A stretch of DNA of 64,000 nt from Octopus sinensis (Eukaryota): NCBI RefSeq assembly GCF_006345805.1, contig NC_042997.1, positions 20,708,001 through 20,772,000 of the forward strand, given 5' to 3'. The notes beneath the pieces are model-generated. The model did no database searches, was not told the origin of the DNA, and saw only the letters and a list, made by a program, of their open reading frames with translations. Every line of letters begins with the position of its first letter. Position 1 is the stretch's first letter. The translations under genes were made by a program, and so were the position numbers. Of the stretch, positions 13,256 to 26,564 are shown one piece after another.

Positions 13256-13935
13256 ATAAAAGAATGCTAGCGTGGTAAAACATGTAAAAATGTATGAATG
13301 AGAGCAACTGTTTTCTTGTACAGTATAACAAGTCATTAGTCTATCTACATAAAACAACTTTCCTTACACTGTTTTGATGCAGTACCTTGAGCATTGACAA
13401 AATATTCATGTAAGATTAGATATCAATATCAATATTTTGCACATGTTCACTTCTTAAGCAAGAAAATTAGACATAAAATTGAAGAAAATATATTTGATAT
13501 AATTTTGAAAAAGAAACAATTATTTAAAATGTTTTCATCCAACTGGTGTTTAAAACAAATGATTTCAATTTCCAAAATTTCATAGGTAGAAATTTTATAT
13601 TTGCAGTTACATTGTAGTTGCCTTATGGAGACAAGTTTAGTTCCACTGTTTTGCCACATATATCATTTTAGCCATTTTCCCACTCAGTCATTTTTGGCCA
13701 AGATAAATGGAATACATGACTATTTTCTATGTTGCCATGTGTTATTTTAGCTAGAGACTGTTAGTCTGTGAGCTATATTTTGGCAATTTTAGAGAATTCA
13801 CGATTTCCTCACCCTTTCTTAACTATCACTTGCAGCTGCTATCTTATTTTGCTGTCCCTATCTCTCTCTGTCTCTCTCTCGCTCTTCTTTTGCTTCTCTC
13901 ATAGCTAAACATTAGCTTTGGTCTTGCCTCTACAG

Positions 13936-13957
13936 AATAATTTCTATCAGTTTAAAT
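13936..13957 (+). other. Candidate micro-exon (22 nt) of an unidentified host gene
   Basis: cttgcctctacAG|AATAATTTCTATCAGTTTAAAT|GTAAGT, downstream of a pyrimidine-rich tract; no homology recognised. Confidence 0.15.
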
Positions 13958-15147
13958 GTAAGTATTTTGTATGATTTTTATCTTTACTGATGGACATTTA
14001 TATCCTTGCATATGTTTTTCTCTACAATTTAGAAAGAGTCTATGTATATGAACATTTCTATAGCACAAATGATCCCGTTAACTTTGTAAAACAAAGAAAT
14101 ATATATGCATTACTGAACACAATTATGTAAACTTTGTCTTGACTGATCTTGTAAATTATGATCTGTGATATTCCATAGTGAATTCTATCCTATCTCAAAT
14201 TTGTGTCCACAGACCATCTACTTCGTAATTGTTATTACATCATTCCACTAAAAAGATTGGAAGTGATCTGCTTTTTTGTTAGTATATATGAAATAAAAGA
14301 CAAAAGTCATATATACTTCATTATCACTGTTTCTCTACCAGCAATTCCATTAATTTTCTACAAATATATTATTCTGAATTATGAAACCTCTAAAGAAAAG
14401 CTTATATCCAAAATCCTATTCTAATGTTCAAAGAAAACTGTTGAATTCACTTTCACTATTAATGTATGTACAAGCCACATTAGTAAATGATGCATTCATT
14501 AGTTTCAACACTCATAAATAAATGAATTTGAATAGAAGTTGTGAGAATCATATTCTGTCTGTTGGCTAATAAGTGAGGTTATTAAGTATCTACTAAAATT
14601 AGTGACATCAATGATAACTAATGTGGATTGAGTAATGTGTAGATGTTAATGTTGGATGATCAAATTATTGCGTGCATATCTACAGTTAGCAGGCAGGCAG
14701 ACAAATGATTAAGAATGGTCCATCAATCTCTGTTTTTTTTTTGTTTTTTTTTCTGTTATGCTATGCTTGTGAAGCTGATGATCATACTGAACACATGTGA
14801 AATGCAGTGGTGAATTCTATGGGGTACAATATGACAATTTGGAAATATATTTTCTACACAGCCTAGTCTATTTCAGTATGTAGTTATCATTGGCAGTGTG
14901 CTGTGTTGAAGGTTATTGTAAATGAAGTTATTTCTATGTTTTTCCTTTTTGATTCAGCTAAGCAAGAGAGATTAGGTTCTTAGGATATTCTTATATTCTA
15001 GAGCATAGGTTCTCAAAGTGAGCATTGAGACAGTCCATGTGGGTGCTGGTGCTTAAAGGGGTCAGTAGAGAAAAAGAAGGCGTTGGGAGGAAGGCAGTGG
15101 ATTGGGGGAGGTTATGAATTTATTATGATATTATTATAGTATTGTAT

Positions 15148-15460
15148 GGAGGCGCAATGGCCCAGGGATTAGGGCAGCGGACTTGTGGTTGGAGGATCGC
15201 GGTTTCGATTCCCAGACCAGGTGTTGTGTGTTTATTGAGCAAAAACACCTAAAGCTCCACGAGGCTCTGGCAGGGGGTGGTGGAAACCCCTGTTGTACTC
15301 TTTTGCCCCAACTTTCTCTCACTCTTTCTTCCTGTTTCTCGAGTAATGCTGCGATGGACTGGCACCCTGTCCAGCTGGGGGAACACATATGCCACAGAAA
15401 CCGGAAAACCAGGCCCATGAGCCTGGCTAGGCTCGAAAAGGGTGCATAAATAAAATAAAT
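15148..15460 (+). mobile_element. tRNA-derived SINE with a V-domain-like segment
   Basis: tRNA-like head (B-box ggtttcgattccc); gcgatggactggcaccctgtccag at 15351-15374 resembles the V-SINE conserved domain as I recall it; A-rich tail. Confidence 0.7.
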
Positions 15461-16319
15461 AAATAGTATTGTATATAAATTATATAATATTATATTAAAT
15501 ATCAAATGACTCATAATATATATAAATTAGTAAAATATAAAATATCTATTTATACATGAAAATAGGCATGGGGACGCTGAGGGTATTATGTGGCCATGAG
15601 TCAGGCAGTGGCCCAAAATGTTTGAGAACCTCTATTCTACTGTACTGAATATGTGTTTGGGTGTTTGGAGGCATTTTTCGTACAGTGGAATGGATCATAA
15701 GAAATGAAGCTTTCAACAGTGAAAAAACAGTGCTCCTTAAATGTCCAATGGCCTTTTACTTCTAGTATTTTCGCTCCATTATGTATTAAGTTTATGAGCC
15801 CCTGTATAACCATGCAAAACATTGATTTTTTAATCTTTGTAATTTATTGTATTTTCTTGTAGAGGGACCTAGACCTTTGGCAACTCTCACATAATCTGCA
15901 ATGGATCTAATATTTGCATCCTGTTCTTGTTGCTTTTTCTATGAGGCATATTAGTTTGTGTGTGTGAGAGAGAGAGAGACAGACAGACAGAGACAGAGAG
16001 AGTGAAAGAGAAAGAGAGTGAGAGAGAGATCTATGCATGTTTATATACCATTTTGCACTCTTTGTCCTTTATATGTGCAGTGAAATTTGAAATATGATAT
16101 GTAACTCCTAGTATTTGTATCTTCTTTATCAGTGGTATGTTTATGCTGTCAAGTGTGGGACTTGCATTTCATGTTCTTTGGTGTTACTGTTGATTGTGAG
16201 AGGACTTGATTCTGAAGGAATTGGGTGTAAAACTCAACAAAGGCTTGTTGATTTGATTGGTAGTATACTAGCTAATGTTTTGTTTTGTTTGTTAACATGT
16301 TAAGTATTTTGTCCATAAG

Positions 16320-16361
16320 TTGAAAGTCAGAAATGGATTCAAAGTTGTATTAATGCCAATG
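16320..16361 (+). other. Candidate 42-nt exon (LKVRNGFKVVLMPM or xESQKWIQSCINAN)
   Basis: tttgtccatAG|…ATG|GTGAGT; open in two frames; the next good acceptor is ttttcAG| at 16797/16798. Confidence 0.2.
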
Positions 16362-17631
16362 GTGAGTAGAATGCTGCTTGTCATTTCATTGCATTTGAAG
16401 CCATTCTGGATCTACTGTATTATGTTAATGATTAGTCAAGTGATCTAAATTTGTATTGTGATTTGGACAGGAGAATGCTTTATACTGAGTTATCAGTTCA
16501 ATACTACTACTAGGCACCTTGGATATTTTTTGTGGAGTCCATTCTGTTCAAAGCATTTAGGCTAGGTTTCCAGTTTGAGTATATCTTTCTCTTTCCCTTC
16601 ACCTGTCTTGGAGATTCTGTAACAGTCATAAGTACTGCTTTCACTCTGAATAAAAGATTAAAAATATGCTGACAGTGTATTTTACTGTACACTGTTCTAA
16701 TGTTTTACTGAGTCAGCTTTTCTTGTTGTTTAGTTGAGATATATTTTGTAACTGTTTTGTGGATATATTTTTTGGATGCATCTGAATTTGTTTTCAGGAA
16801 TGTTCATACTGTAGTACCTGTTTTACTGATTGTGATATTGCTGAAGTCTAAAAACTTCTTAATGGAACTAGTTCCAGGGAGACGTTTTAAGTTCGTAAAA
16901 AGGTTTCCGTGCAGTGCATTGATGCATGACTGTGTTGTGATGATGAGAGATGGATAGCCTGGAATCTAGATGTGTTAAGCAGAAGGAAATTGGGAGGAAA
17001 GAGTGTTTGTAGATAACAACATGAGGCATGAATACCTTGTGTGTGATGTACTGATGCTATTATATCACCAGTAAAGATTTTGTATTAATTTAGCACCTGG
17101 ATAAATCGAGAGCATTAATCCAGCAACTTGATGCTGTTATGCTATATTGCATAAAATAGCATAAGCCATAAATATCATCATGATCAACATCATTTTTGTT
17201 TTTGTTCATAGTTGTGTTGAGAATTGGGATATTCAACATGATACAGAAAATAGGAACAGCATACAGATAAATAGATAAATATTTTATACAGTAGAAATTA
17301 TCTGCAAAATATATATTTCTGTTTTCCCTTGTCATGACTGGGATGAGCCTCACCAATTAAAAGATTGTGTAGATGATTCAAAATAAGTTGCAATTCGAAC
17401 ATTAAAACATGTCATTCAGGCTATATGAAAGGAATAAGTACAAATGTATGTAGAATATAGTTAATTCAGCTGAGATAGAAGTGAACAGAATGTTCTACAA
17501 ATTTATTGATAAGAGAAACTTGTGTGTGTGTTTGTGTGTATGCAAATACATACACATATATAACTGTAAACACACAAACACAGGCCAGATATGCACACAC
17601 ACACGTGCATATATATATATATATATATTGC

Positions 17632-17712
<81 letters not shown>

Positions 17713-17935
17713 ATATATATATAAATATATATATATATACAATAGGAGGTATGAGATGACAGGAAGTGTTTAATTAATATTACACTTCTTATCAGAATAG
17801 CTGATGCTGAATGTGAAAATACTAAAATAAACCTCTGCTAAATTATAGAATTCTTATAGAAAACAATTAAATGTGTGTCTTACTCTCCAAAATAGACATG
17901 GCAATGGAAGCATATTAGATATGTATATAGGCACA

Positions 17936-18420
17936 GGCGTGGCTGTGTGATAAGTTTGCTTTCAAGTCACATGGTTCCCGGTTCAGACCCACTGCAAAGC
18001 ACCTTGGGCAAATGTTTTCTACTGTAGTCATGTGAGTGAATTTGGTAGATGGAAACTAGAAGAAGGCCATAATATAGGGTTGTAAACAAACCAACGTTAA
18101 TTATGAAACAGTGGTGGGAGAGAAACACAAATGCAAAGACATACCCATCCATAATAAATACATATATATGTATGTGTATCATCATCATCATCATCATTTA
18201 ACGTCTGTTTTCCATGCTAGCATGGCTTGAACGGTTTGACCAGGGTCTGGGAAGCCAGGAGGCTGCACCAGGCTCCAGTCTGATCTGGCAGTGTTTCTAC
18301 AGCTGGATGCCCTTCCTAACACCAACCACTCCGTGAGTGTAGTGGGTGCTTTTTACATGCCACTGGCACAGGTGCCAGGGGAGGTTGGCAACGGCCATGA
18401 TCAGTTGGTGCTTTTTACAC
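17936..18420. mobile_element. SINE A head (+, 17936-18070) and RTE 3' UTR fragment (-, 18178-18420)
   Basis: Similar to 12860-13010 and 11020-11260 respectively. Confidence 0.75.
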
Positions 18421-18841
18421 CTATCTATCTATCTATCTATCGATATATCTATCTCTCTTTCTCTCTCTCTCACTCTCTCACTCACACTCTCTCTCTCACA
18501 CGCTCTCTCTCGCTCTCTCTGCTTCTCTCTCTCTCTCTCTCTCTCTCTCTCCCATATATAAATTTATATAAATAAGGATAAGATCGTTAATTTAAATATC
18601 GATCTTATCAAGTGGCCAGCATGGGAATAAAAACCTTCAAAGGTAATAATTATTATTAAAATTATAATTAGGGTATCTAAGAGATATCACCATGCTGGAA
18701 ATAGCAGCCAAATCTTGACCCTAAAAATTTTGGTAAATATATCTGTTAAAATGAGATGTCAGAAATATTTTCATTTTTACATAATTTAGACAACAGTTTA
18801 TTCACTGCACCTTGAATATATATTTATATATAAATAAATAA

Positions 18842-19078
18842 ATCCGCCCTTTTAAAGCATAGCCAGGTTCATGGGCCTGGTTTCAATGGCGTATATGTCC
18901 CCTAGCTGGAATGGACGTCAGTCCATCACAGTGTTACTCATTTTTGCCAGCTGAGTGGACTGGAGCAATGTGAAATGAAGTGTTTTGCTCAAGAGCATGA
19001 GTCACACAGTCCAGGAATCGAAACCACAATCTTATGATCATGATACTGACACCCTAACCACTAAGCCACGCACTTCTA
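18842..19078 (-). mobile_element. tRNA-derived SINE (head and core shared with the 30590 SINE; V-like segment and tail shared with the 15148 SINE)
   Basis: The minus strand reads gcgtggcttagtggttaggg…ggtttcgattcc…gagcaaaacacttcatttcacattgctccagtccactcagctg…gtgatggactgacgtcc…aaaccaggcccatgaacctggcta. Confidence 0.75.
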
Positions 19079-19110
19079 CATATTTATATATATATATATA
19101 TATATATATG

Positions 19111-19157
<47 letters not shown>

Positions 19158-19229
19158 ATATATATGTATATATATGTATATATATATATGTATATATATA
19201 TGTATGTGTATATATATATTATATATATA

Positions 19230-19271
<42 letters not shown>

Positions 19272-19288
19272 ATATATATGTATGTATG

Positions 19289-19324
<36 letters not shown>

Positions 19325-19434
19325 ATATATTAAAATTTTAATTTAGGGTATCTAAGAGATACCACCACGCTGGAAATAGCAGCCAAAACTTGACTTCTAT
19401 GAGTTCGTGTGTTGAAGCATATTCTTTTGTGTCT

Positions 19435-19697
19435 GGAGAGAGTCATTTTCTTTTTGTGCCTTATAATGTAACACACTCACAGGTAAAATTTCCACTTATT
19501 TCTTATTTTTATTTTCCTAAAATATTCGTTGCATCTTGCAATCTTTTCAAGAGTCTTGACTCTTGAAAAGGTTGCAAGACTATTGAAAAAAGTTGCAAGA
19601 TGCAACGAAAATTTTAGGAAAATAAAAATAAAAAATAAGTGGAAATTTTACCGGTGAGTGTGTTAAATTAAAAGGTACATAAAGAAAAGGACTCTCC
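19435..19697. repeat. Imperfect palindrome (about 107-bp outer arms plus a 13-bp central hairpin)
   Basis: 19435-19541 is the reverse complement of 19593-19697 with a few mismatches; centre cttttcaagagtc-tt-gactcttgaaaag. Confidence 0.9.
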
Positions 19698-20819
19698 CCA
19701 AACACAACAGGATTAAAATATATAAATAATGAAATAATGGGGCTTTAATAGTACAATATATAATACATTAATATTGTAATACAAAATATGCTGAACCACT
19801 TAAAAGTGCATTCGTTCATAGGAAAGATTCAAAAGAACTTTTGCACATTAGGGGATATCTAATTTATGTATGTATACCAAAATTGCAGGTTTCACATGTT
19901 TGTGAGTGTAGTTTTGAGCGTTCATTTGTGTATGTTTGTGTGCATGCATGTGTGTGTGAGTGTTTCAGTATTTGCTCTGTGTCTCATATTGGCAAATATG
20001 AAAAGTTATAAAGATAGTTTGATAGATTCCCGTACATATGGGAATGCTCACCACAGCAAGCACGCATGAAATTGTCTGTTGTTGAAGTATTCATAGTCTA
20101 GAGACAACAGTGTTACTTGTCAGTGGTGGTTGTGGGAGGTGATGGCAAGTACATTGGTGTTGATAATAGTAAACTGTGGAAAATAGAGAAGGAATGATAA
20201 AGGGAAAAATGTATGAGAGAAAGTGATTACTAAAAGTACAAAAAATGTCACAGGCTTTTACTTCTTTAGGTGAACTGTACTACGTTAGATTTAAGTCTCC
20301 TGACTGGAGAGGCATCATTAGCATCAGAGAGCAGATACAGATCAATAGCTCTTTACATGTAAAGTGTCAGTGATCAAGTCATTAAGGTACAGCAGAAGAC
20401 ATTGATATGCAATAACATAATTAGTACAAAAATAAAAGTAAATATAATGTTTTTAATAACACAATGTAATCATTTTAATCCCAATACTCAAAAAAAAATT
20501 GCTTACAAAATTATTTGGTGATCAATTGCAACTGAGGTATTACATGCTTGCTTTATAAATCAATAAAAAAAAAGTATGTGACTTCATTTATATATTGTGA
20601 TTAATACAACGTGTTACCAAGAAAATATTGTTTGATGTATATGAACAAATATTTATCGTTTTTTATAACATCTGTAAGCAAACAGGGGTTACATTAAGTG
20701 GAGCATCATCAATAGAAGCACTAAAAAAGAAAACTGAAATCATAAATGAATTGGTGTAACACAGAAATTATTAATATTCAAATTAAAGGAATGCAGCGTT
20801 AGAAAAATCTGCAATATCC

Positions 20820-21840
20820 AAATGACGAAGTTAAGTGTGTGTGTGTGTACAATGTCAGAATGCATGTACGACAGAATTTAAATGTCTTGCGAGAAAAGTT
20901 GGGCATAAAAGGCAGCAGATGTGGCGTGCAAGAGAGATGACTGCACTGGTATGATCGTGTAATGCATATGGACAAGGACAGCTGTGTGTAGAAGTTCCAA
21001 TCTCTAACTGTGGAGGGAGCTTGCAGAAGAGGTACACCCAGGAGGACATAGGACGAGAAGATGAAGCATGATCTTTGAATAGTAGACCTTATGGAGGTAA
21101 TGACAAGTAACTGAGACCTTTGGTGATATACCATGCTTAAGAAGACCCATCAAGCCAAGTGAAATCACAGTTATGGCCGATGCCATTGTCGTGTAATTGG
21201 CACTCGAGCTTGTGGTACATGAAAAGCACCCTTCTAATGTTAGGTGAGATACTGTGCTTGAGAACACCGGTCAAGCCAAGGGAAATTGTAGTCATGGCTA
21301 ACGCCAGTGTTGCATATTTGGCACCTGTGCCAGTAGCATGTAAAAAACACCCTTCAAACTTTGGGATTCACAGAGGCTGTGACAAGTGACCAAGAGTTTT
21401 GGTAATACACTGTGCTTGAGTAGACCTGTGAAACCAAGTGAGACTGTAGATGTGGCCGACGCTGGTGTTTCATAACTGGCACCCATGCCAGTGGCACATA
21501 AAATGCACCCACTGCACTCTTGAAGTGGTTGGTGTTAGTATGTATGTATGTGTGTATATGTATATATATGTATGTATTTGTGTGTATGTGTTTGTCACCC
21601 ATCATTGTTTGACAGCCGATGTTGGTGTGTTTATGTCCTTGTAACTTAGAAACCTAGAAGCTGTAGAAATCTAAAAGCTGTAACTTAGAAGCTGTAGAAA
21701 CTATGCCAAATCAGACTGAAACCTGGTGTAGCTCCCCAGTTTACCAGTTTTCAATCAAACTGTCCAACCCATGCCAGCATGGAAAATGGACGTTAAAATA
21801 CGATGACGACAACGACGACGATGATGATGATGATGATGAT
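20820..21840 (+). mobile_element. RTE LINE 3' end with 3' UTR and (GAT)n tail, interrupted by a SINE A tail fragment
   Basis: About 20925-21140 gives …LHWYDRVMHMDKDSCV…CRRGTPRRT* (post-RT); (gac/gat)n at 21802-21841. Confidence 0.75.
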
Positions 21841-21854
21841 ATATACACATATAG

Positions 21855-22230
21855 CTGTGTGGTAAGAAATCTTGCTTCCTAACCACATGGTTCCAGATTC
21901 AGTCCCACTACATGACACGTTGGGTAAATGCCTTCTACTATAACTCTCAGTTATCCAATATGTATGTTGTGAGTGAATAATTTGGTAAACAGAAACTGAA
22001 AGAAGCCTGTTGTATGCTGGTGTGTGTGTTTGTGTATGTGTTTGTCCAACATCACCACTCGACAACTGGAGTTGGTTTGTTTATGTTCCTACAACTTAGC
22101 AGTTCAGCAAAAGAGGCCAATAGAATAAATACTAAGCTTAAAAATAAGCATTGGAGTTGATTTGTTCAGCTGAACCCTTGAAGGCAATGCCCCAGCATGG
22201 CTGCAATCCAATGACTGAAAAGATAAAATA
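21855..22230 (+). mobile_element. SINE family A
   Basis: Head, TG tract and tail as in 12860-13255. Confidence 0.8.
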
Positions 22231-22244
22231 TAAAAGACAACAAA

Positions 22245-23100
22245 AATAGCTGCAGTGATCTATGGATATGTTGGGCAATACCATGGATATTTCTCTAGTA
22301 TGCAAAAAAACTATGGGCATGATACAAGGAATAAGGAAGGATCAAGACTTCTAGAATTCTGCAATTCAAATAACCTAACCATTTACAATACAAATTCAGG
22401 AAAGTAAGAAACCACTTGATCATCTACTAATTTGGATTTTATTGTCACCAGAAAATGAGTTAGGCAGTTTATTATATATGCTAAAGACTTTACCCCTTGA
22501 AGAATGTACTAGTCAGCATAAATTAGCAATTAATGGCTTAAGAATTAACCCTTTCATTACCAACCCGGCTGAAACTGGCTCTGGCTCTGAGTACAAATGT
22601 CTTGTTTTCATAAGTTTTCAATTAAAATTTTCCACCAAACCTTAGTCACAATTTATGTTCCTAACACTAGCTTAATGATAACTAAGTTATTTTATGAAAA
22701 TCTTTGTTATATTTAAAGTAATTGAAAGAAACACAGAGCATCTCAAAATATATTCAGTAACAAAAGGGTTAACCCTTTAACCTAGGTTGACTCAGAAACA
22801 AAAGATAATTTGGAGAAAGAAGACATTCAAGTTTAAATAACTATCAGTAAGTTGTAATGCTTATAAGAGAAAGGATGATGAAAACTGGAAATTCCTTCAA
22901 GACAATCATCTGAGAACTATCAACCAAATCTATGGCAGTGCACAAATGAGGTAGATGGAGTTGTTATAGCAGTGACAGGTTTGGAAAGACTTAAGGAAAG
23001 AAGCAGCAAAGAGCAATAACAAGTTGTTCGAAAAGGAGCTAGGCATCAAGTATATCTAGTTATGGCAGGAGCAGAATAGAAAAAGGTTTGCACATGTTTA
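22245..23100 (+). mobile_element. RTE LINE apurinic-endonuclease region remnant, split by a MITE
   Basis: GHDTRNKEGSRLLEFCNSNNLTIYNT (cf. RNEEGTRLLEFCDANDL.ICNT) and PLEECTSQHKL lie before 22545; NWKFLQDNHL… follows 22773. Confidence 0.7.
22549..22768. mobile_element. piggyBac-like MITE (220 bp) with TTAA target-site duplication
   Basis: TTAA|ccctttcattac … gtaacaaaaggg|TTAA; TSDs at 22545-22548 and 22769-22772. Confidence 0.85.
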
Positions 23101-23749
23101 CATTTAGATTTTTCACATTTATTGCTTATAAATTTATTATTTTTGCAATGGACCCAACAATTTCTAATAATACACCAGTGTGCTATGATATGTAGTGTTT
23201 GGGAATTACTAAATAGTTGTATATATAGTATTTGTTGGCATACACTAGAAACTTATATATTATAAAATTTCTTATTTAAGAAAGACATAATTACCCATGA
23301 AGTTTTTCTTCATCAATTACAGAGCAAAATAACTGATAATTCCTCATTGTTTGGAACAAAGAATTGTATAAAAGATAAAAATGTTTTCTGATATTTGCTA
23401 TAATTACAAGACATTATATATCCTACACAAAGAGGTTTACCATAACAGCCTGAGGTAAACCATATTCTTTCTTTCTCTTTCAAAATATAAAATACATAAA
23501 TAAAAGTGTATAAAGTCCAGGTACTGGAGACAAGTATAAAGAGAAAGAAACAAATAGTATCAAAGGCAGAACAGAACATTTTCAAAAGAGAAAAAAAAAT
23601 TAGAATATATTTGTTTAACCTTGAGACATTTCCTTTGTTAAATTCAAAAGCACATATGGAAGTATGCAAACATTCTGCTTCTATACATATTTCTCTTTCT
23701 TTCACTCGTATACAATATTTGCATATATATATATACATACATACATATA

Positions 23750-23802
<53 letters not shown>

Positions 23803-24027
23803 GTCAATCTACGTATATTCTCTCTCTTACAATGTATGTGTGTATGTGTGTATGTATATATATAAGATAGATAGATAATAGATAGGTAGATAGATCGATA
23901 AGTAGATAAAAAGACTGATAGATAGACAGATAGATAGATAGATAGAGAGATAGGATAAATAGATAGATAGATAAACCGATATGTATATGTATATGCATAT
24001 ATATATATGAATCATACATGCATATGT

Positions 24028-24070
<43 letters not shown>

Positions 24071-24523
24071 ATATATATTATATATTATGAGAGAGAAAAA
24101 GAGAAGAAAGTGTGGTATATAAGCATACATATATTCAAGTATATGTATATATGTACCTCTATCTCTATATATTTTTCTTCTTCTTCCCTTACTCTCTTTA
24201 GCTATATACGTATGTGTGTGTATGCACCTATGTGTATATATTTATATATGTACTTATATATATCCATATATATTTACACATATTTGTATACATATAAATG
24301 TGTGTGTGTGTGTGCATATGAATATACATATATATGTGTGTGTGTGTGTGTGTGTCTGTGTATTTATGCATGATGTTTTTGTGTGTGTGTATTTGTGTGT
24401 CTATATAGATAGATAGATAAACAGACAGACAGACAAACATATGGATGGATGGACAGAGAGAGACGAACAGACAAACAGACAGTCAGACAGATATATATGT
24501 ACATACATACATACATACATACA

Positions 24524-24556
<33 letters not shown>

Positions 24557-24965
24557 GCATACATACATGTACATATATTTGTACTTTTTGGGGAGGCTTA
24601 TATGCAGTACAAATGCAAATAAGTAGCAAAGGAATCCACATGCATTTATATAGGCACAGCAAAGAAAGACAATTATTTCACATGGAATATATATGTATGC
24701 TTATGTGTATGTTTTGTGTGTGAGCATGCATGCATGGATGTGTAATTTGTTTCAATTAATTCTTTTGTAATATTTTATTTTTATTTTTGTTTCCCTGCAG
24801 TATCAATCACTTTAAATATATTTCTTTATGATTTTCTTTCTTATAAAATGATCCTATACAAAAATGACATTCGCTCAAAGGTGTGTTTATTTATCCATTT
24901 TGTAAAAATTGGATTCCATTTTATCTCTTGTCATATTATTCCTAAACTCAGCCTGCTGCTTGCAG

Positions 24966-25034
24966 GCAAAAAAATGTTGGAGGAAAAGAATATTGATAAA
25001 AGAGAACAACATATAAAACCAGCTGCAATGCCAA
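24966..25034 (+). other. Candidate 69-nt symmetric phase-1 exon (GKKMLEEKNIDKREQHIKPAAMP)
   Basis: gcttgcAG|…CCAA|GTAAAT with an open frame; no homology recognised. Confidence 0.15.
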
Positions 25035-26564
25035 GTAAATTATTCTAACAAGAAAAATGGTTCCAGCAATCTGAAGAACAATTCACAATTATGCACACTT
25101 CATTCAATTTCTCCACCCATTTTATAGATACAACCTTTGGTTGGAAGCATCTGTTTGCAACATAAGACCATATACAACACATTCTTTATCAGAAGGGGGA
25201 AAAAACCATATCAACATTCAGACACATTTATTCATGTGCACAAATCTACACACATGTGTATGTGTGTGTATATTTGTGCATATACACAGCATACAGGCAC
25301 GTGTGTGTGTATGATACATGTGTGTCTATTTCATATATGCATGCATTGGAGTTTTCTTTCTTTATATATTTTTTTGTTTTATATGTATGTGTGATGTTTG
25401 ATTTGCAACAGCTTATGTTTCTATGTAGAGATATTTCTCTTTGTGGATGTGTGAGTGAGTGTATATGTTTAAGTAGGTGTGCTTGCATGTTTGTGTACGT
25501 TTGTATGCATGTGTGTATGTATTTGTGTGCACCTTTGTAGAAGCTTATTCTCTCTAAGCAAATTAAAGGTTAATTCTTATACACACTCACTGAAGCATTA
25601 AAATAAAAGACTTGCTTCCCTCACATTCACGTATACTTGCAGTGTTATTCAAATTTTGAAACTGTTTCACTACTGTAATATACCCCAGCATTTCTGTTAT
25701 AAATCTTTTCATCTTGGCATATGCCATTTAATATTAGGTTAGGGAAAATGTGATGTTCATGCTGAGCTGAAAGACATTAGTAACATGAACAAAGTAAAAC
25801 GGCTTTCAGCGAGGAAATTAAACCATGTAGCAGACTCTTAACTTTTGCCTTGAAGTGTTTGCCATAACAATTTTAAATGTAGCATTCATAGCCAACCTTG
25901 GTTATTCATTTCTATTAATGGTCAGCTTTCAAAGTTCAATGTATAACTAAACAGTTTCATTTGAAAACAGAATCTAATAATTCAATGATAAAGAGAAATG
26001 ATGGTGCACAAATGATTTCCTCCCAATAAATGACTGGCTCTTAACCTATATGAAATTATTCTTTGAAACTCATATTTTTTTCTATTATTATAAAATAGCA
26101 TACATTTTTTCCCCTCCTGTATTAATAGCATACAAAAATGTTTCACATCATTTTTACTATATGATCACACAAAATGAAATGAAAATTCTTAACTGCAGCA
26201 TTGATTTAATATATATCTCCTATTTATTTCAGAAAATTAAAAGAAATATACTATTTTTATAAATCAATCAAAATATTTCATAGACTTGTTTGTATATTAT
26301 GATTGCTACATTGTATTATTAAGAAGATATTGTATTGTTTGATATCTATATCAACACCTTTAATGTTGTAAAATATTAGAATCTCACAAAGATGATAATA
26401 AAGTTATCATTTTTATATTTGTAACTGTCCAAAATAATTATTTCTAACTTCATAAACATATTATTTTGTAACTTTCTATTTTCTTTAATAATAGTTATTA
26501 TGCCATTTCATGTACATTCTGAATTTTAAATTCGAGTTGCATATGTATATGTATATATATATGT

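Noticed and set aside
14891-14912. miR-34-like start TGGCAGTGTG
   Set aside because: A 10-nt match only, with no downstream star arm or precursor hairpin.
16938-17056. C/D box snoRNA (ATGATGA…CTGA)
   Set aside because: No terminal stem and no recognisable rRNA or snRNA antisense element; TGATGA is ubiquitous here.
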